53,374 nucleotides of DNA from a virus (lineage: Duplodnaviria > Caudoviricetes): the IMG/VR virus record IMGVR_UViG_3300042890_003727, positions 1 through 53,374 of that record; one strand, 5' to 3'. Shown one piece after another: positions 9,201 to 18,022 of the stretch (position 1 is the first letter of the stretch; every line of letters starts with the position of its first letter). Below the pieces are notes generated by a model. The model was not told where the DNA came from. It worked only from the letters and a program-made list of their open reading frames with translations, and ran no database searches. A program made the translations under genes and the position numbers.

Positions 9201-11150
9201 TATGATTTATTTTCTGCGACAACTTCTGTTAATACAAAATCAATATTTGTGCCTTACCAAAAAGGTTCTGCTCAAATAGCTGACGTAAAAGAAGGTGAGA
9301 CATATAAGATAAGAGCGCGTTATATTGGAAGAAATGGTAAGGTAGGTATTTGGTCTTCTTATAGTAATCATACTGTAATTGGTAAAAGTAATCCACCTTC
9401 TGATGTTACTGTATTTACAGCAAGTTCTGATAGATCAAGTGGACAACTTCTTTTAAGCTGGCAATCAAATCCTGAGCTTGATGTTTATACATATGAAGTA
9501 AGAACTCAAAATGCTAACTGGGGTTCTAATGATGCTTTTAGAATCTTCTACGGTGATGCAAATAGATGCTTCACTAAGTTTATTACAAATGGTTCAGCAT
9601 CTTTTTATATAAAAGCTATTGATAGCGCAGGTAATTTCAGCACAAATAGCACACAAGTTTCCTATAGCTCACAAACTGTACCGAACATTACAGAGATAAG
9701 GCATTCATTTGCTGATACTGCTCTTACTAGTGCAACGGTTACATTAGAGTGGGATGAAGTTACAAGTTCTGAATTTGGTATAGATTACTACGAAGTATCT
9801 TATGATTCAGTTCTAGTTACTGTAAAAGGAAATACTATTACGTTACCTGCTGATTGGCTTGGTGAAAGAATATTTACAATAAAAACAGTTAATATTCATG
9901 GTAAGAAATCTTCTGGTTATTCTGATGATGTTTTCAAAGCTGTACCTAATCCCCCAACTAATGTAAAAACTCAAGTTGTGGACAACACAGTGATGCTTTA
10001 TTGGAACCTACCAATAAGAACATCTTTACCGATTGATCACATACTAATCAAGAAAGGTTCTTCTTGGGAAACTGCTGAACCTCTTGGTGATAAAAAAGGT
10101 GAGTTCACTACAGTTAATGAAAGCACTGGTGGTAACTTTACTTATTGGTTAGTGGCTGTAGATACTGAAGGTGTAGAAAGTGCTCCTGTTTCTGTTACTA
10201 CATTAGTTGCTGAGCCACCTGACTTCGTGTTTCATGAGCAATTTGTCAGTAGCTTTTCAGGTACTAAATCATCTGCTGCTTTTGACGGTACAGTACTAGC
10301 TCTACCCGTAAACACTACTGAAACTTTTCAGCAGCACTTTGCAAGTAGATTATGGAATAGTCCACAAGATCAGATTAATGCTGGTTATCCAATCTTTATT
10401 CAACCTACAGGTGGTGCAGGTTACTATGAAGAAGTCTTTGATTTCGGACAACCTCTAGCTTCCAGTAGAGTTCTATTGAACTTCACAGGTAGAGTGCTTG
10501 CAGGTGTACCTATAGTTACTCCAAAAATTAGTCTTTCTCTTGACAATTCAACTTATGTGGATTATGATGGAGTTACTGATGTATTTGGTTTAAACTTTCG
10601 ATATGTAAAGATTAGGATTTCTGTAGATGAAGTATCGGAGGTGGGTGTATACATAGCCTTGTATGAAATTTCTCAACTTACAGTTAGACTTGATGCTAAA
10701 CTTAAAAATGATGCAGGTAATGTAGACGCTCTGTCAACAGATACTCTAGGTACTATTGTGAACTTCAATAAGGAGTTTATTGATGTACAAAGTATAACAG
10801 TATCACCTTCTGCGACAACTGCTGTTATTCCAGTATATGATATCAAAGATGAATTTGTTTCTGGTGCGTATACTGTAAGTTCTAGTACTAGTATTTGCAC
10901 AGTTATAATATTTGATCACGGTCTTATAACTGGTCAAAAAGTAAAATTATTTATTAACTCAGGTTCTGGTGTACCGGGTATTTATACCATTCTAAGTCAC
11001 GGAACAAATACTTTTACTGTAAGTATGGCAACACCGACAAACGCAAGTGGTAGCTGCTCAATGTATCCTCAATCTTTTAGAGTTTACTTATTCAACAATT
11101 CTGGCACAAGAGTAAGCGCAAATACTTCTTGGTCTATTAAAGGATATTAA
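6225..11150 (+). CDS. fused tail tip protein: NlpC/P60 + ubiquitin-like (gpI-like) + gpJ-like central tip/host-specificity domains with FN3 repeats
   Basis: N-terminus YVGIPY..KGR..GLDCYGL...HVG...FIH (NlpC/P60 Cys-His-His), then Ubl-like segment ending GDVIEYRAVPTG, hydrophobic stretch, YGSIPVVLGK and SNPA motifs of gpJ, FN3-like repeats. Confidence 0.85.
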   Translation: MNFEKYVGIPYLKKGRDIEGLDCYGLVRLIYKNELNIDLPSFTSDYSAGDNERIEELIAQYKEGWEEVQEPVVGDIIVFKVMGQEAHVGLIVSPGYFIHCRENQDSAIESLNSHKWNRRITGFFRYSEKNNALLNTVPHPLKTERYTVPVIPGTTVTELVENISSKYNVACELKSRISILINTRLINQEDWSSTIINTGDVIEYRAVPTGSTGRLLAVLAIAYFAPILANQAAGAFFTAAGGVGGGVTAFSVGAVYTAAYAATILVGTALVNAIAPIRPPTDASANQKDPGSAERQLMVNGGSNRANPYGSIPVVLGKVRMTPLLGANNYLTYENERDSFVSMLLIWGYGPLDIDTSTYRIGEIPLTSYTDYEKVDLHRKTEPTSTELNAFNAIYGNDVTPVTVSTELACEGNPETSVTPGPFLQAATSDVVDSATVALHFPQGLRKIKTKGDGAGESYATAVSFRVEYSVDNGANWLLQEVLSIGGDAPKKDGFTFTRTYKFPSRPSSMIMKVRRETGDNAEDSPNYRYYFTSVLQSVTFTRNARPAVDPLNSKIAKTAFKIKATDQLNGRVEGLSAVVQTWCKKWNGSAWVDGATSNPAALFRYVLEHPANPRKITDASLQINLTQLQEFYNYCESKGFEYNSVLGEARSILEVLRDICAAGRASPALIDGKWTVIIDKARDNVVQHFSPHNSWGFEGTKSLPKKPDGLRITYFDQDKNYQESEIIVYDIDKDENNSSLFESISLPGVTKKSLVIDHAKWHMAQIKLRPEVYTLNVDIEYLVCNRGDWVKVSHDVPMWGIGSGRIKQRVSSTKLILDEEMPMQANLAYTIRFRNKLGGSVAVNAVPKVSDGYYSEIDLLTSVTTDDADVGDLFLFGELNNESQDLVVLSVEPSTNKSARLVLVDYAITDEYNIFTDYISLSSSTVFESQITLPAVLQVENFKTNTPNITGFVSDESVMERVSKGVYRYNINMSYVNAQSLPLITESVEVQYDLFSATTSVNTKSIFVPYQKGSAQIADVKEGETYKIRARYIGRNGKVGIWSSYSNHTVIGKSNPPSDVTVFTASSDRSSGQLLLSWQSNPELDVYTYEVRTQNANWGSNDAFRIFYGDANRCFTKFITNGSASFYIKAIDSAGNFSTNSTQVSYSSQTVPNITEIRHSFADTALTSATVTLEWDEVTSSEFGIDYYEVSYDSVLVTVKGNTITLPADWLGERIFTIKTVNIHGKKSSGYSDDVFKAVPNPPTNVKTQVVDNTVMLYWNLPIRTSLPIDHILIKKGSSWETAEPLGDKKGEFTTVNESTGGNFTYWLVAVDTEGVESAPVSVTTLVAEPPDFVFHEQFVSSFSGTKSSAAFDGTVLALPVNTTETFQQHFASRLWNSPQDQINAGYPIFIQPTGGAGYYEEVFDFGQPLASSRVLLNFTGRVLAGVPIVTPKISLSLDNSTYVDYDGVTDVFGLNFRYVKIRISVDEVSEVGVYIALYEISQLTVRLDAKLKNDAGNVDALSTDTLGTIVNFNKEFIDVQSITVSPSATTAVIPVYDIKDEFVSGAYTVSSSTSICTVIIFDHGLITGQKVKLFINSGSGVPGIYTILSHGTNTFTVSMATPTNASGSCSMYPQSFRVYLFNNSGTRVSANTSWSIKGY

Positions 11151-11153
11151 AAT

Positions 11154-12533
11154 ATGGCGAATCATTTACAGCCTACTTTAACAAGTACTTATTCAAACTT
11201 CGTATCTGAGATGGATGCTCGTTTTGATGATCTTGCTTTTCAGCTTGATCCTGCTGTTACTACAGCAACTAACGTGCCAACTAATTCAATCAGATGGAGT
11301 AGTGCTTCTAACAAGTGGCAAAAATATAACGGTTCTGCATGGAATGATTTAGCAACTACTTATGCAATTTCTATTTCAGGCAATGCAGCTACTGCTACAA
11401 ATGGTGTTGTTACTACAGGTACTTATATCAATCCATCTTGGATTACTCAACTTGCGGGATCTAAAATAAGTGGTGCGATTACAGGTAATGCCGGTACTGC
11501 TAGTAAATTAGAAACACCTAGAAATATCAATGGTGTAGCTTTTGATGGGTCTGCTGCAATTTCTGTGAACCTGGGTAATTCTCTTACCTTCAATAACGGT
11601 GGTGCAGGTTCAGCATCTGGTATTGCGTTTAATGGAGATACTGCTACAACAATTAGTTATAATTCAGTTGGTGCTCCAAGTATAAGTGGAGCAAATGCTA
11701 CTGGTACTTGGTCAATTAGTATTTCAGGGTCTTCTGCTAGTACAACAGGTAATGCAGCATCAGCTACAAACCTAGCTGGTGGTGCTGCAGGTAGGATACC
11801 ATTCCAAGGTGGTGTTGGTACAACTGGTTTTACTACTGTTGGAACTTCAGGACAAGTGCTTATATCAAATGGTGCAGGCCCACCCACATGGTTTTCCAAA
11901 GCTAGTACAAATACAGTAAGTACTATTGTACAAAGAGATGCATCCGGTAATTTTGCTGCAGGTACTATTACGGCAACTACGTTTAGCGGTGCAATGTCTT
12001 CCACTTCCACTGCTACAACTCAAACTGCAGGTGACAACAGCACCAAGATTGCTACTACTGCATTCGTGCAATCTGCTCTTGGTGGTGGTCCAACTGGACT
12101 TACTGCTGGTACTAACTACGCAATTTATCCATATTTTGGTATAACACCTGTTTCACCAAATTCAACAATGGGAAGTGCTGGTGTTGGTAATCAAATTGTA
12201 ACATCATCTTATACGTTAGTTGGTGGTAAATTAATCATTAATTGCACAGGTACGGTGCGAGTGTTTTTTACATCTTGGTATGTTGTTGATGGATATGGTC
12301 AGGCATCTAATGGATATTCTAGGGTTTACAAAAATGGCGTAGCAGTAGGAACAGAAATTGGTGGTGGTAACTTTACTACTGGTTCATTTGACATAGCTGT
12401 TGTTCCCGGTGATGTTTTTCAATTATATGCTAGGTCTAATGCAGGAACATACTATTTGGCAAACGCAATTGGTGCTGTTATAGGAACTGCTACAACATAT
12501 CCTCAGTTTACTCTAGGTCAAAGTTATTCATAA
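11154..12533 (+). CDS. tail fibre protein
   Basis: Gly/Ala/Thr-rich; fibre motifs GNAATAT, PRNINGVAFDGS, IVQRDASGNF.AGTITA, DNSTKIATTAFV. Confidence 0.85.
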   Translation: MANHLQPTLTSTYSNFVSEMDARFDDLAFQLDPAVTTATNVPTNSIRWSSASNKWQKYNGSAWNDLATTYAISISGNAATATNGVVTTGTYINPSWITQLAGSKISGAITGNAGTASKLETPRNINGVAFDGSAAISVNLGNSLTFNNGGAGSASGIAFNGDTATTISYNSVGAPSISGANATGTWSISISGSSASTTGNAASATNLAGGAAGRIPFQGGVGTTGFTTVGTSGQVLISNGAGPPTWFSKASTNTVSTIVQRDASGNFAAGTITATTFSGAMSSTSTATTQTAGDNSTKIATTAFVQSALGGGPTGLTAGTNYAIYPYFGITPVSPNSTMGSAGVGNQIVTSSYTLVGGKLIINCTGTVRVFFTSWYVVDGYGQASNGYSRVYKNGVAVGTEIGGGNFTTGSFDIAVVPGDVFQLYARSNAGTYYLANAIGAVIGTATTYPQFTLGQSYS

Positions 12534-12544
12534 GGTTTATACAT

Positions 12545-12790
12545 ATGTATTTTATTTCACTTACTCCTGAAAATCGCGTTCTCAATGTCTATAATGAAAA
12601 TGTCTGGTTAGACGAAGGCGTTGTAGTTTATGCATTACGAGAAGAGGACTTTCAAGCTATCTGGGCTTCTGGTAAAAACGGAGATTGGGTTTATAACAAT
12701 GATGCACAAAGAATTGTTTATGACCCTGAGCCTATTCCTGTAAAGTCAGCAAATGCACCTTCTGGTGAGATTCCTCAACAAGTACTATGA
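12545..12790 (+). CDS. hypothetical protein, possible fibre assembly/accessory protein
   Basis: Directly after the fibre gene; position only. Confidence 0.5.
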   Translation: MYFISLTPENRVLNVYNENVWLDEGVVVYALREEDFQAIWASGKNGDWVYNNDAQRIVYDPEPIPVKSANAPSGEIPQQVL

Positions 12791-13146
12791 GTGAACCCGT
12801 AGTACACATAGGTTGTGTAGCCAATCTTTATAGTCGCATGATGCATTTTAAAAACGCAGGTGATATAGAGATTGGTCATACTCATGCTTTTGATCACTTG
12901 ACTTTACTTGCTAAAGGTAAGCTTAAAGTTACGGTTGAAGGCGTATCTACTGAATTTACTGCTCCAAATATGATTTATATTAAAGCAGATAAAGTTCATG
13001 AACTTGAAGCCTTGACTTCTGAAACTGTTGCTTATTGCATTCATGCTTTAAGAACTGATAATGAAACAGGTGACATTTTAGATCCAAGCATGATTCCACA
13101 AGGAGTTAATCCAATGAGTCTTGCTGACAAAATAGCAATCGGATAA
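12787..13146 (+). CDS. cupin-fold protein
   Basis: GHTHAFDH...GKLKV...IYIKADKVHEL matches the two-motif cupin pattern. Confidence 0.7.
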   Translation: MSEPVVHIGCVANLYSRMMHFKNAGDIEIGHTHAFDHLTLLAKGKLKVTVEGVSTEFTAPNMIYIKADKVHELEALTSETVAYCIHALRTDNETGDILDPSMIPQGVNPMSLADKIAIG

Positions 13147-13153
13147 ATCAACC

Positions 13154-13182
13154 TTGATTTTATTTTAATTGCATGATATAAT
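13154..13182 (+). promoter_or_regulatory. sigma70-type promoter upstream of lysis cassette
   Basis: TTGATT-17-TATAAT with TGn extension; shares CTTGATTTTATTTTA with the promoter at 859. Confidence 0.75.
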
Positions 13183-13194
13183 TATATCTATTAC

Positions 13195-13228
13195 GGCTGG
13201 CCTTTAATTAGGCTGGCCTTTATTTTTT
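13195..13228 (+). terminator. terminator-like hairpin between lysis promoter and holin
   Basis: GGCTGGCCT-TTAATT-AGGCTGGCC (two G:U pairs) followed by TTTATTTTTT. Confidence 0.55.
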
Positions 13229-13249
13229 CTTATTAAGGCGAATTATAAT

Positions 13250-13477
13250 ATGTCAGTAGAATCTCATGGCGCATTTGATGCAACAATGGCGGCAATCGGA
13301 AGCAAAGCAACATATACAGGAGCTACCACAAGTATTTTAGGATGGGTTATGTCTTCAGAATTTGGCATATTAATCGGTATTGTTCTGGGTGTAGGAGGTT
13401 TTGCAGTTAATTGGTACTACAAATACAAGCAGGATAAAAGAGAACAAGAGCTTCATACTCAGCGAATGAAAGGCTAA
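13250..13477 (+). CDS. holin
   Basis: 75 aa, hydrophobic segments, basic C-terminus (VNWYYKYKQDKR), upstream of endolysin. Confidence 0.85.
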   Translation: MSVESHGAFDATMAAIGSKATYTGATTSILGWVMSSEFGILIGIVLGVGGFAVNWYYKYKQDKREQELHTQRMKG

Positions 13478-13478
13478 G

Positions 13479-13952
13479 ATGATTGATCGCAAAACAATAG
13501 CAGCACTAACCCTTAGTGCATCTGCACTTATAACTATGGCGATAACCGAAGGTTATAGAGGTGATGCTTACATCCCTGTGCCTGGAGATGTGCCTACAAT
13601 CGGTTTTGGGACGACTTCTAACCTCGATGGTAGTCCTGTACTACTAGGGCAGAGAACTAGCCCAGAAAAGGCTTTAAAACGCCTTGGTGAAGATGTAGAG
13701 AGATTTGAAACTGCTGTTAAGACTTGCGCCCCAGTTCCTTTGCATCAATATGAATTCGATGCTTATGTTTCTATTACTTACAACATAGGTGGAAACGCTT
13801 TTTGTAAAAGCACTATGGCTAAGAAACTTAACCAATTTGATTACGAAGCAGCTTGTAAAGAAATTCTTCGTTGGGATAAGTTTCAGGGAAAGCCTCTCAA
13901 GGGTTTAACTGCACGTAGGCATGAAGAATATCAAACTTGCATAGGTAAATAA
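13479..13952 (+). CDS. endolysin, GH24 lysozyme, probable SAR type
   Basis: EG..AY...GDVPTIGFG catalytic E/D/T pattern, GL..RR..E C-terminus, N-terminal weakly hydrophobic helix. Confidence 0.92.
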   Translation: MIDRKTIAALTLSASALITMAITEGYRGDAYIPVPGDVPTIGFGTTSNLDGSPVLLGQRTSPEKALKRLGEDVERFETAVKTCAPVPLHQYEFDAYVSITYNIGGNAFCKSTMAKKLNQFDYEAACKEILRWDKFQGKPLKGLTARRHEEYQTCIGK

Positions 13953-14437
13953 TGAAATTACAACTCTGGCAGATTAAAATTTTAATTGCAATTACAGTTC
14001 TGATGAGTGCTATCTTTTGGCACAAGTACGAAGTTAAACTTGCTGTAAACAATGCAGTTGCTGTGCAAAAAGCTGAATATAATAAACTCATAGATGAGGT
14101 AAAATTAAAAAGCTCAGAAACTGAAAGTCAATTAAATAAACAAGTTTTAAACATGGAGGTTAAAAAGAATGCTGAGATTAAAAATCTTGATCGCAAGTAC
14201 ACTTCTATTGTTGACAGCTTGCGCCAGCGTCAAGAAAGAAGTACCGCAAGTAATACTACCGGAAATACCTGCAATCCAGAAAGCCCCAAAGGAGCTACTG
14301 GAGCAGAATTATATAGAGAAGATGCAAAATTTCTTATCGGGTTCGCTAGAGATACCGAAGAATTAAAGATTAGTTTAAATCAGTGCTACTCTCAGTACGA
14401 TGCCTTAAAAGATAGTTTAGAAAAATTTAAGAAATAA
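13952..14437 (+). CDS. inner-membrane spanin (Rz-like)
   Basis: N-terminal TM, coiled-coil periplasmic region, Cys residues, follows endolysin. Confidence 0.8.
   Translation: MKLQLWQIKILIAITVLMSAIFWHKYEVKLAVNNAVAVQKAEYNKLIDEVKLKSSETESQLNKQVLNMEVKKNAEIKNLDRKYTSIVDSLRQRQERSTASNTTGNTCNPESPKGATGAELYREDAKFLIGFARDTEELKISLNQCYSQYDALKDSLEKFKK
14169..14366 (+). CDS. outer-membrane lipoprotein spanin (Rz1-like), embedded in Rz
   Basis: GGAGG RBS, signal peptide with lipobox LTAC, Pro-rich mature part, +1 frame inside Rz. Confidence 0.85.
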   Translation: MLRLKILIASTLLLLTACASVKKEVPQVILPEIPAIQKAPKELLEQNYIEKMQNFLSGSLEIPKN

Positions 14438-14483
14438 AAATACCCCGTAAGATCCTTGGTTGGAACTTACGGGGTTTTCTTTT
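14436..14483. terminator. bidirectional terminator between convergent late and replication arms
   Basis: A-run, ACCCCGTAAG...CTTACGGGGT stem, T-run. Confidence 0.85.
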
Positions 14484-14491
14484 GTCTGTAC

Positions 14492-14740
14492 TTATTGCAA
14501 CTGCAAGAATTCTTTTAGTTGCTCAGGAGTTACATAACCAGATTTACGTTTCATAACTACATTATCGTCAATCAAAAGCAGTGTAGGTACACCTCTGATT
14601 GCATAATGAATAGTAGATACTGGATCTTCATCTATATCAATAATATTAACTGGAATTTCCAACTCCATACTTTTTAAAGTTTTCTTGAGTTGCTGGCAAG
14701 GGTTGCACCAACTGGCGCTATAAATAACTAGATTTTTCAT
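14492..14740 (-). CDS. thioredoxin
   Basis: ASWCNPC active site and GVPT cis-Pro motif; next to RNR. Confidence 0.9.
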   Translation of the reverse strand: MKNLVIYSASWCNPCQQLKKTLKSMELEIPVNIIDIDEDPVSTIHYAIRGVPTLLLIDDNVVMKRKSGYVTPEQLKEFLQLQ

Positions 14741-14752
14741 TAGTTTCCTTTC

Positions 14753-16447
14753 TTATTGACAAGCTTCGCATTCACCTTTACTGGCTTGAACACCAGCTTG
14801 AGTATAAATATAATAAAGTGCTAGGATGTTTGGATCACGGAAAGCATCAGCATGCACTTCAGCAATCCAAGCTGGATCTTCATCTGCTGAAAAGAACAAG
14901 TTAAGTGACTGCCACTGGTCAATATACATGCTACGAGCAGAAGCCAATCTTAGCACAGCTTTTTGATTGATTTCAAATGCAGTTTTAAATACTTGCTTTT
15001 CTTCATCAGTTAACCAACTTACATGCTGCACAGAGCCTTGCTTATCTGTAATTTCTTGAACGTGTTTCTTGGTGTAAACATCTTTCTTTTTCATTAGCTC
15101 AAGTAGTACAGGATTCAAACGATCAATCTCACCTGCAGAAGTAGTTTGATTATAACTCATAGCAGGGTCTGGATTGATACCTTCAGATACACCACCCATT
15201 AGCAATGCAGTTGATTTGGTAGGTGCAATAGCAATCAAATGCGTATTACGAATACCATAACCTTTGCACCATTCGGGTTCACCTAAGATTACAGCCATTT
15301 CTTTACTAGCAGTTTGTGCATGGTTCCAAATGACTGATTGAATCTCTTGGCTTAATCTATGTGCATCAAAGCCTTCAAACGGTAGCATCTCTTGCATAAA
15401 CAATGTATGAATACCACATAGACCCAAACCCAACGCTCTACTCTTCTTAGTGAATCGTACAGCTTTTTCTAGACCTCGGATACCTTCTGCTCTTTCTACG
15501 AACTCCGAAGCTACACAATCCAAGAAAATAGTTGCCCAATAAGGTGCATCAGTATAAATCCATTCTCTGTACTTAGCTGCATTCATTGAAGATAGCACAC
15601 AAGTATAAGTATGTTCATCGTCATTGAAAAGCATAATCTCAGAGCATAGCTGCGAGTTATTAATCTTTAAACCACGATCAGTGTAAGTAATTGGTCGCTT
15701 AGCATTTGCTTTGTCAATAAAGAAGAAATAGCCTTTGCCTGTTACCATTTTAATCTTCATAGCTTTTTGGAATCTTTGCAAAGCTTCTTGATCATTGCTT
15801 TCTAGCTTGTCAATAAAACTCTGACGAATAGTCCATCCTGCATTTAAATCATCCGGTTCTGATAAGATATGATCAGAGATTTCATTAAAATCACCGTGTT
15901 CAATATCTAAGTAAAATGCCCACGCACCTCTACGTGCAGTACCTTGTGCAATATTACGCATTGCATTAACGTGCTCTTTAATAACAGGAAGAACTCCACT
16001 TGCCTTACCGCCTACACTGATATTAGAACCACGAGGGCGAATAGAGCTTAAATCAGTGGCTGTACCAAAGCCGTACTTGGTCAACATGGCTACTTCATGC
16101 AAGTTGCTGTAGAAACCGTCCACAGAGTCATCTACGATGGTTCCTGAGCATGATACAGGCATTCCACGGGTTGTTCCCATGTTAGCTAGTACAGGAGTGC
16201 TGGGAGATAACCAACCGTTCCAGAGCAGATTAAAGAACTCTGCTTCAGCTTCAGGAAGCATAGGAACATGCTTTGCTGCAGTATAGGCTATCCTCTCAAA
16301 CTGACCCCGGACAGAACGACCTCCGGTTTTATATTCGTATTTATCCTTGAACATTTGATACCCAGCAGTTGTATACCACTCAGGAACCATACCCTGCTCT
16401 TGTAACTTCTTGCGTTCTGCGCTTAGTTCTTTATAAATATTACTCAT
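14753..16447 (-). CDS. nrdA: ribonucleotide reductase class I alpha subunit
   Basis: SPSTP, PVSC, QLCSE, IAPT.ST, LYY and C-terminal CEAC; start probably MSNIY at 16447; no ATP cone. Confidence 0.95.
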   Translation of the reverse strand: MSNIYKELSAERKKLQEQGMVPEWYTTAGYQMFKDKYEYKTGGRSVRGQFERIAYTAAKHVPMLPEAEAEFFNLLWNGWLSPSTPVLANMGTTRGMPVSCSGTIVDDSVDGFYSNLHEVAMLTKYGFGTATDLSSIRPRGSNISVGGKASGVLPVIKEHVNAMRNIAQGTARRGAWAFYLDIEHGDFNEISDHILSEPDDLNAGWTIRQSFIDKLESNDQEALQRFQKAMKIKMVTGKGYFFFIDKANAKRPITYTDRGLKINNSQLCSEIMLFNDDEHTYTCVLSSMNAAKYREWIYTDAPYWATIFLDCVASEFVERAEGIRGLEKAVRFTKKSRALGLGLCGIHTLFMQEMLPFEGFDAHRLSQEIQSVIWNHAQTASKEMAVILGEPEWCKGYGIRNTHLIAIAPTKSTALLMGGVSEGINPDPAMSYNQTTSAGEIDRLNPVLLELMKKKDVYTKKHVQEITDKQGSVQHVSWLTDEEKQVFKTAFEINQKAVLRLASARSMYIDQWQSLNLFFSADEDPAWIAEVHADAFRDPNILALYYIYTQAGVQASKGECEACQ

Positions 16448-17432
16448 TAGTTTCTTTCTTCCATATAAAATCAGCACTATCCCAACTGCGATGATACTGA
16501 TTACCTAAGCCACTGAAAAAGTCATTAAAGGTGTAGTCATTGATACCTTTATAAAACCAAGAAGAAATTGGATTGTAACCAACATCGTATTCTTTTGCAA
16601 AACCTAACTGCTTCAAGCATTCATTTACTCTTGACTGCACGAAGTTCTCTAGTTGATGAGCAGTAATACCTTTAATATCACCTTGTTCAAATAACTTGGC
16701 AATAATCTGGCACTCATGATCATACAATGTTTTGGCTACTTCACGAACTTGTTTCTCAATATTTACTTTACGTGCATTAAACTCTTCAGTTGATAACTCA
16801 GCTTTCAGTTGCTCAAGCTTGTACTTGAATGCCCAAGCTCCACCTGTCGAATGCATGTTCTCATCACGAACTGAGAAGTTAATACCTCTTACAATGTTCA
16901 TTAGTTTATTTTTACCTTGAGACTGATAGTGCTTTAAGAACGCAAAGGAAGAATAAAGAATAACTCCTTCGACCATTGAGAAAGCTGCTAAGGAAATCAA
17001 ATCGTCAGGATGGTCAATGATTTCACCAATGTGATCAACCCTTTGTTTAAGTACAGGATCATTTAGATAAGAGGTATAAAACTCAGGTGTGTCGATGTGC
17101 AATAGTTGATTGATCTTGTTATAAAAAGGAGCATGTACTGCTAGTTCAAACATGGAGAATACAGAAGCCATTCTGTGAAACTCTGCTGCATTAAACATGT
17201 TCTTAAATCTTCCACCCCAGTATTCAGATCCTGCATGTGTTTCATAAATGCTGAATAACTTCAGCGTAGTGATAACTGCATGTTTTTCAGCAGGTGTGAA
17301 ATTGACTAACACATCTTGAATATCTTTTTCTACTTTAATCTCGTCAGGTAGCCAAAAAACCTTCAACTGCTGGTCTGCAAATTCTACTGGTTCATGTCTT
17401 TCGTTAATTGGCAACAAGTGCTTTTCTAGCAT
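16440..17432 (-). CDS. nrdB: ribonucleotide reductase class I beta subunit
   Basis: FWLPDEI, VEGVILYSSF, RDENMH ferritin-like ligands, DFF near C-terminus. Confidence 0.95.
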   Translation of the reverse strand: MLEKHLLPINERHEPVEFADQQLKVFWLPDEIKVEKDIQDVLVNFTPAEKHAVITTLKLFSIYETHAGSEYWGGRFKNMFNAAEFHRMASVFSMFELAVHAPFYNKINQLLHIDTPEFYTSYLNDPVLKQRVDHIGEIIDHPDDLISLAAFSMVEGVILYSSFAFLKHYQSQGKNKLMNIVRGINFSVRDENMHSTGGAWAFKYKLEQLKAELSTEEFNARKVNIEKQVREVAKTLYDHECQIIAKLFEQGDIKGITAHQLENFVQSRVNECLKQLGFAKEYDVGYNPISSWFYKGINDYTFNDFFSGLGNQYHRSWDSADFIWKKETNE

Positions 17433-17845
17433 TATTCTTCCTCTGTAATTTTACTGTATTTATCTCTTGCTTCTAATAGCGCCTGAGTATCTTCTGTTAG
17501 GTACTTGCTGCGATATAAATCTTCAAGAATCTTACTTCCGCTTGCTTTATCAATTGCTTCTCTACTGGCATAACCACCCTCTATCCAGTTTCTGTCAATT
17601 CTTTCTTGTCCAACCCATCGGCTGCAAACTACAATTTCATTTAGTCTATTGCGATGCTGCAAACCATCTTGTCGTTGGTAAGGTTTATTAATATCCATTC
17701 CTAGTTTAAATAGTAATTCAGTAAACATTTCTGTTTCTTCTTCAAACTGAAAGGAGTAGTCAGGAAGAATTTTAGAAATTTCTGATTCTGAAATAATGCA
17801 TAGAGCAACAATTGCACTAGGACGTAGGGGTTTTGTTTTGATCAT
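17432..17845 (-). CDS. hypothetical protein
   Basis: Start at 17845 (MIKTK) with AAGGAG RBS. Confidence 0.6.
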   Translation of the reverse strand: MIKTKPLRPSAIVALCIISESEISKILPDYSFQFEEETEMFTELLFKLGMDINKPYQRQDGLQHRNRLNEIVVCSRWVGQERIDRNWIEGGYASREAIDKASGSKILEDLYRSKYLTEDTQALLEARDKYSKITEEE

Positions 17846-17873
17846 AAATACTCCTTGGAAAGCGGAACTAACG

Positions 17874-17902
17874 ATTATATCACGGGGTTTGAGGGTAATC
17901 AA
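17874..17902 (-). promoter_or_regulatory. sigma70-type promoter for RNR operon
   Basis: Reverse strand cTTGATT-17-TATAAT with TGa extension. Confidence 0.7.
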
Positions 17903-18022
17903 GGTTGTTGTTTGCAAAAAATAATTTACTTGTCTTATACATTTTAATCATTTTTATCGCACAATAACCAAGAAGTAAAACCTCAAGAATAACAAATATA
18001 TTTAAAATAATTAGCAGTGTTA

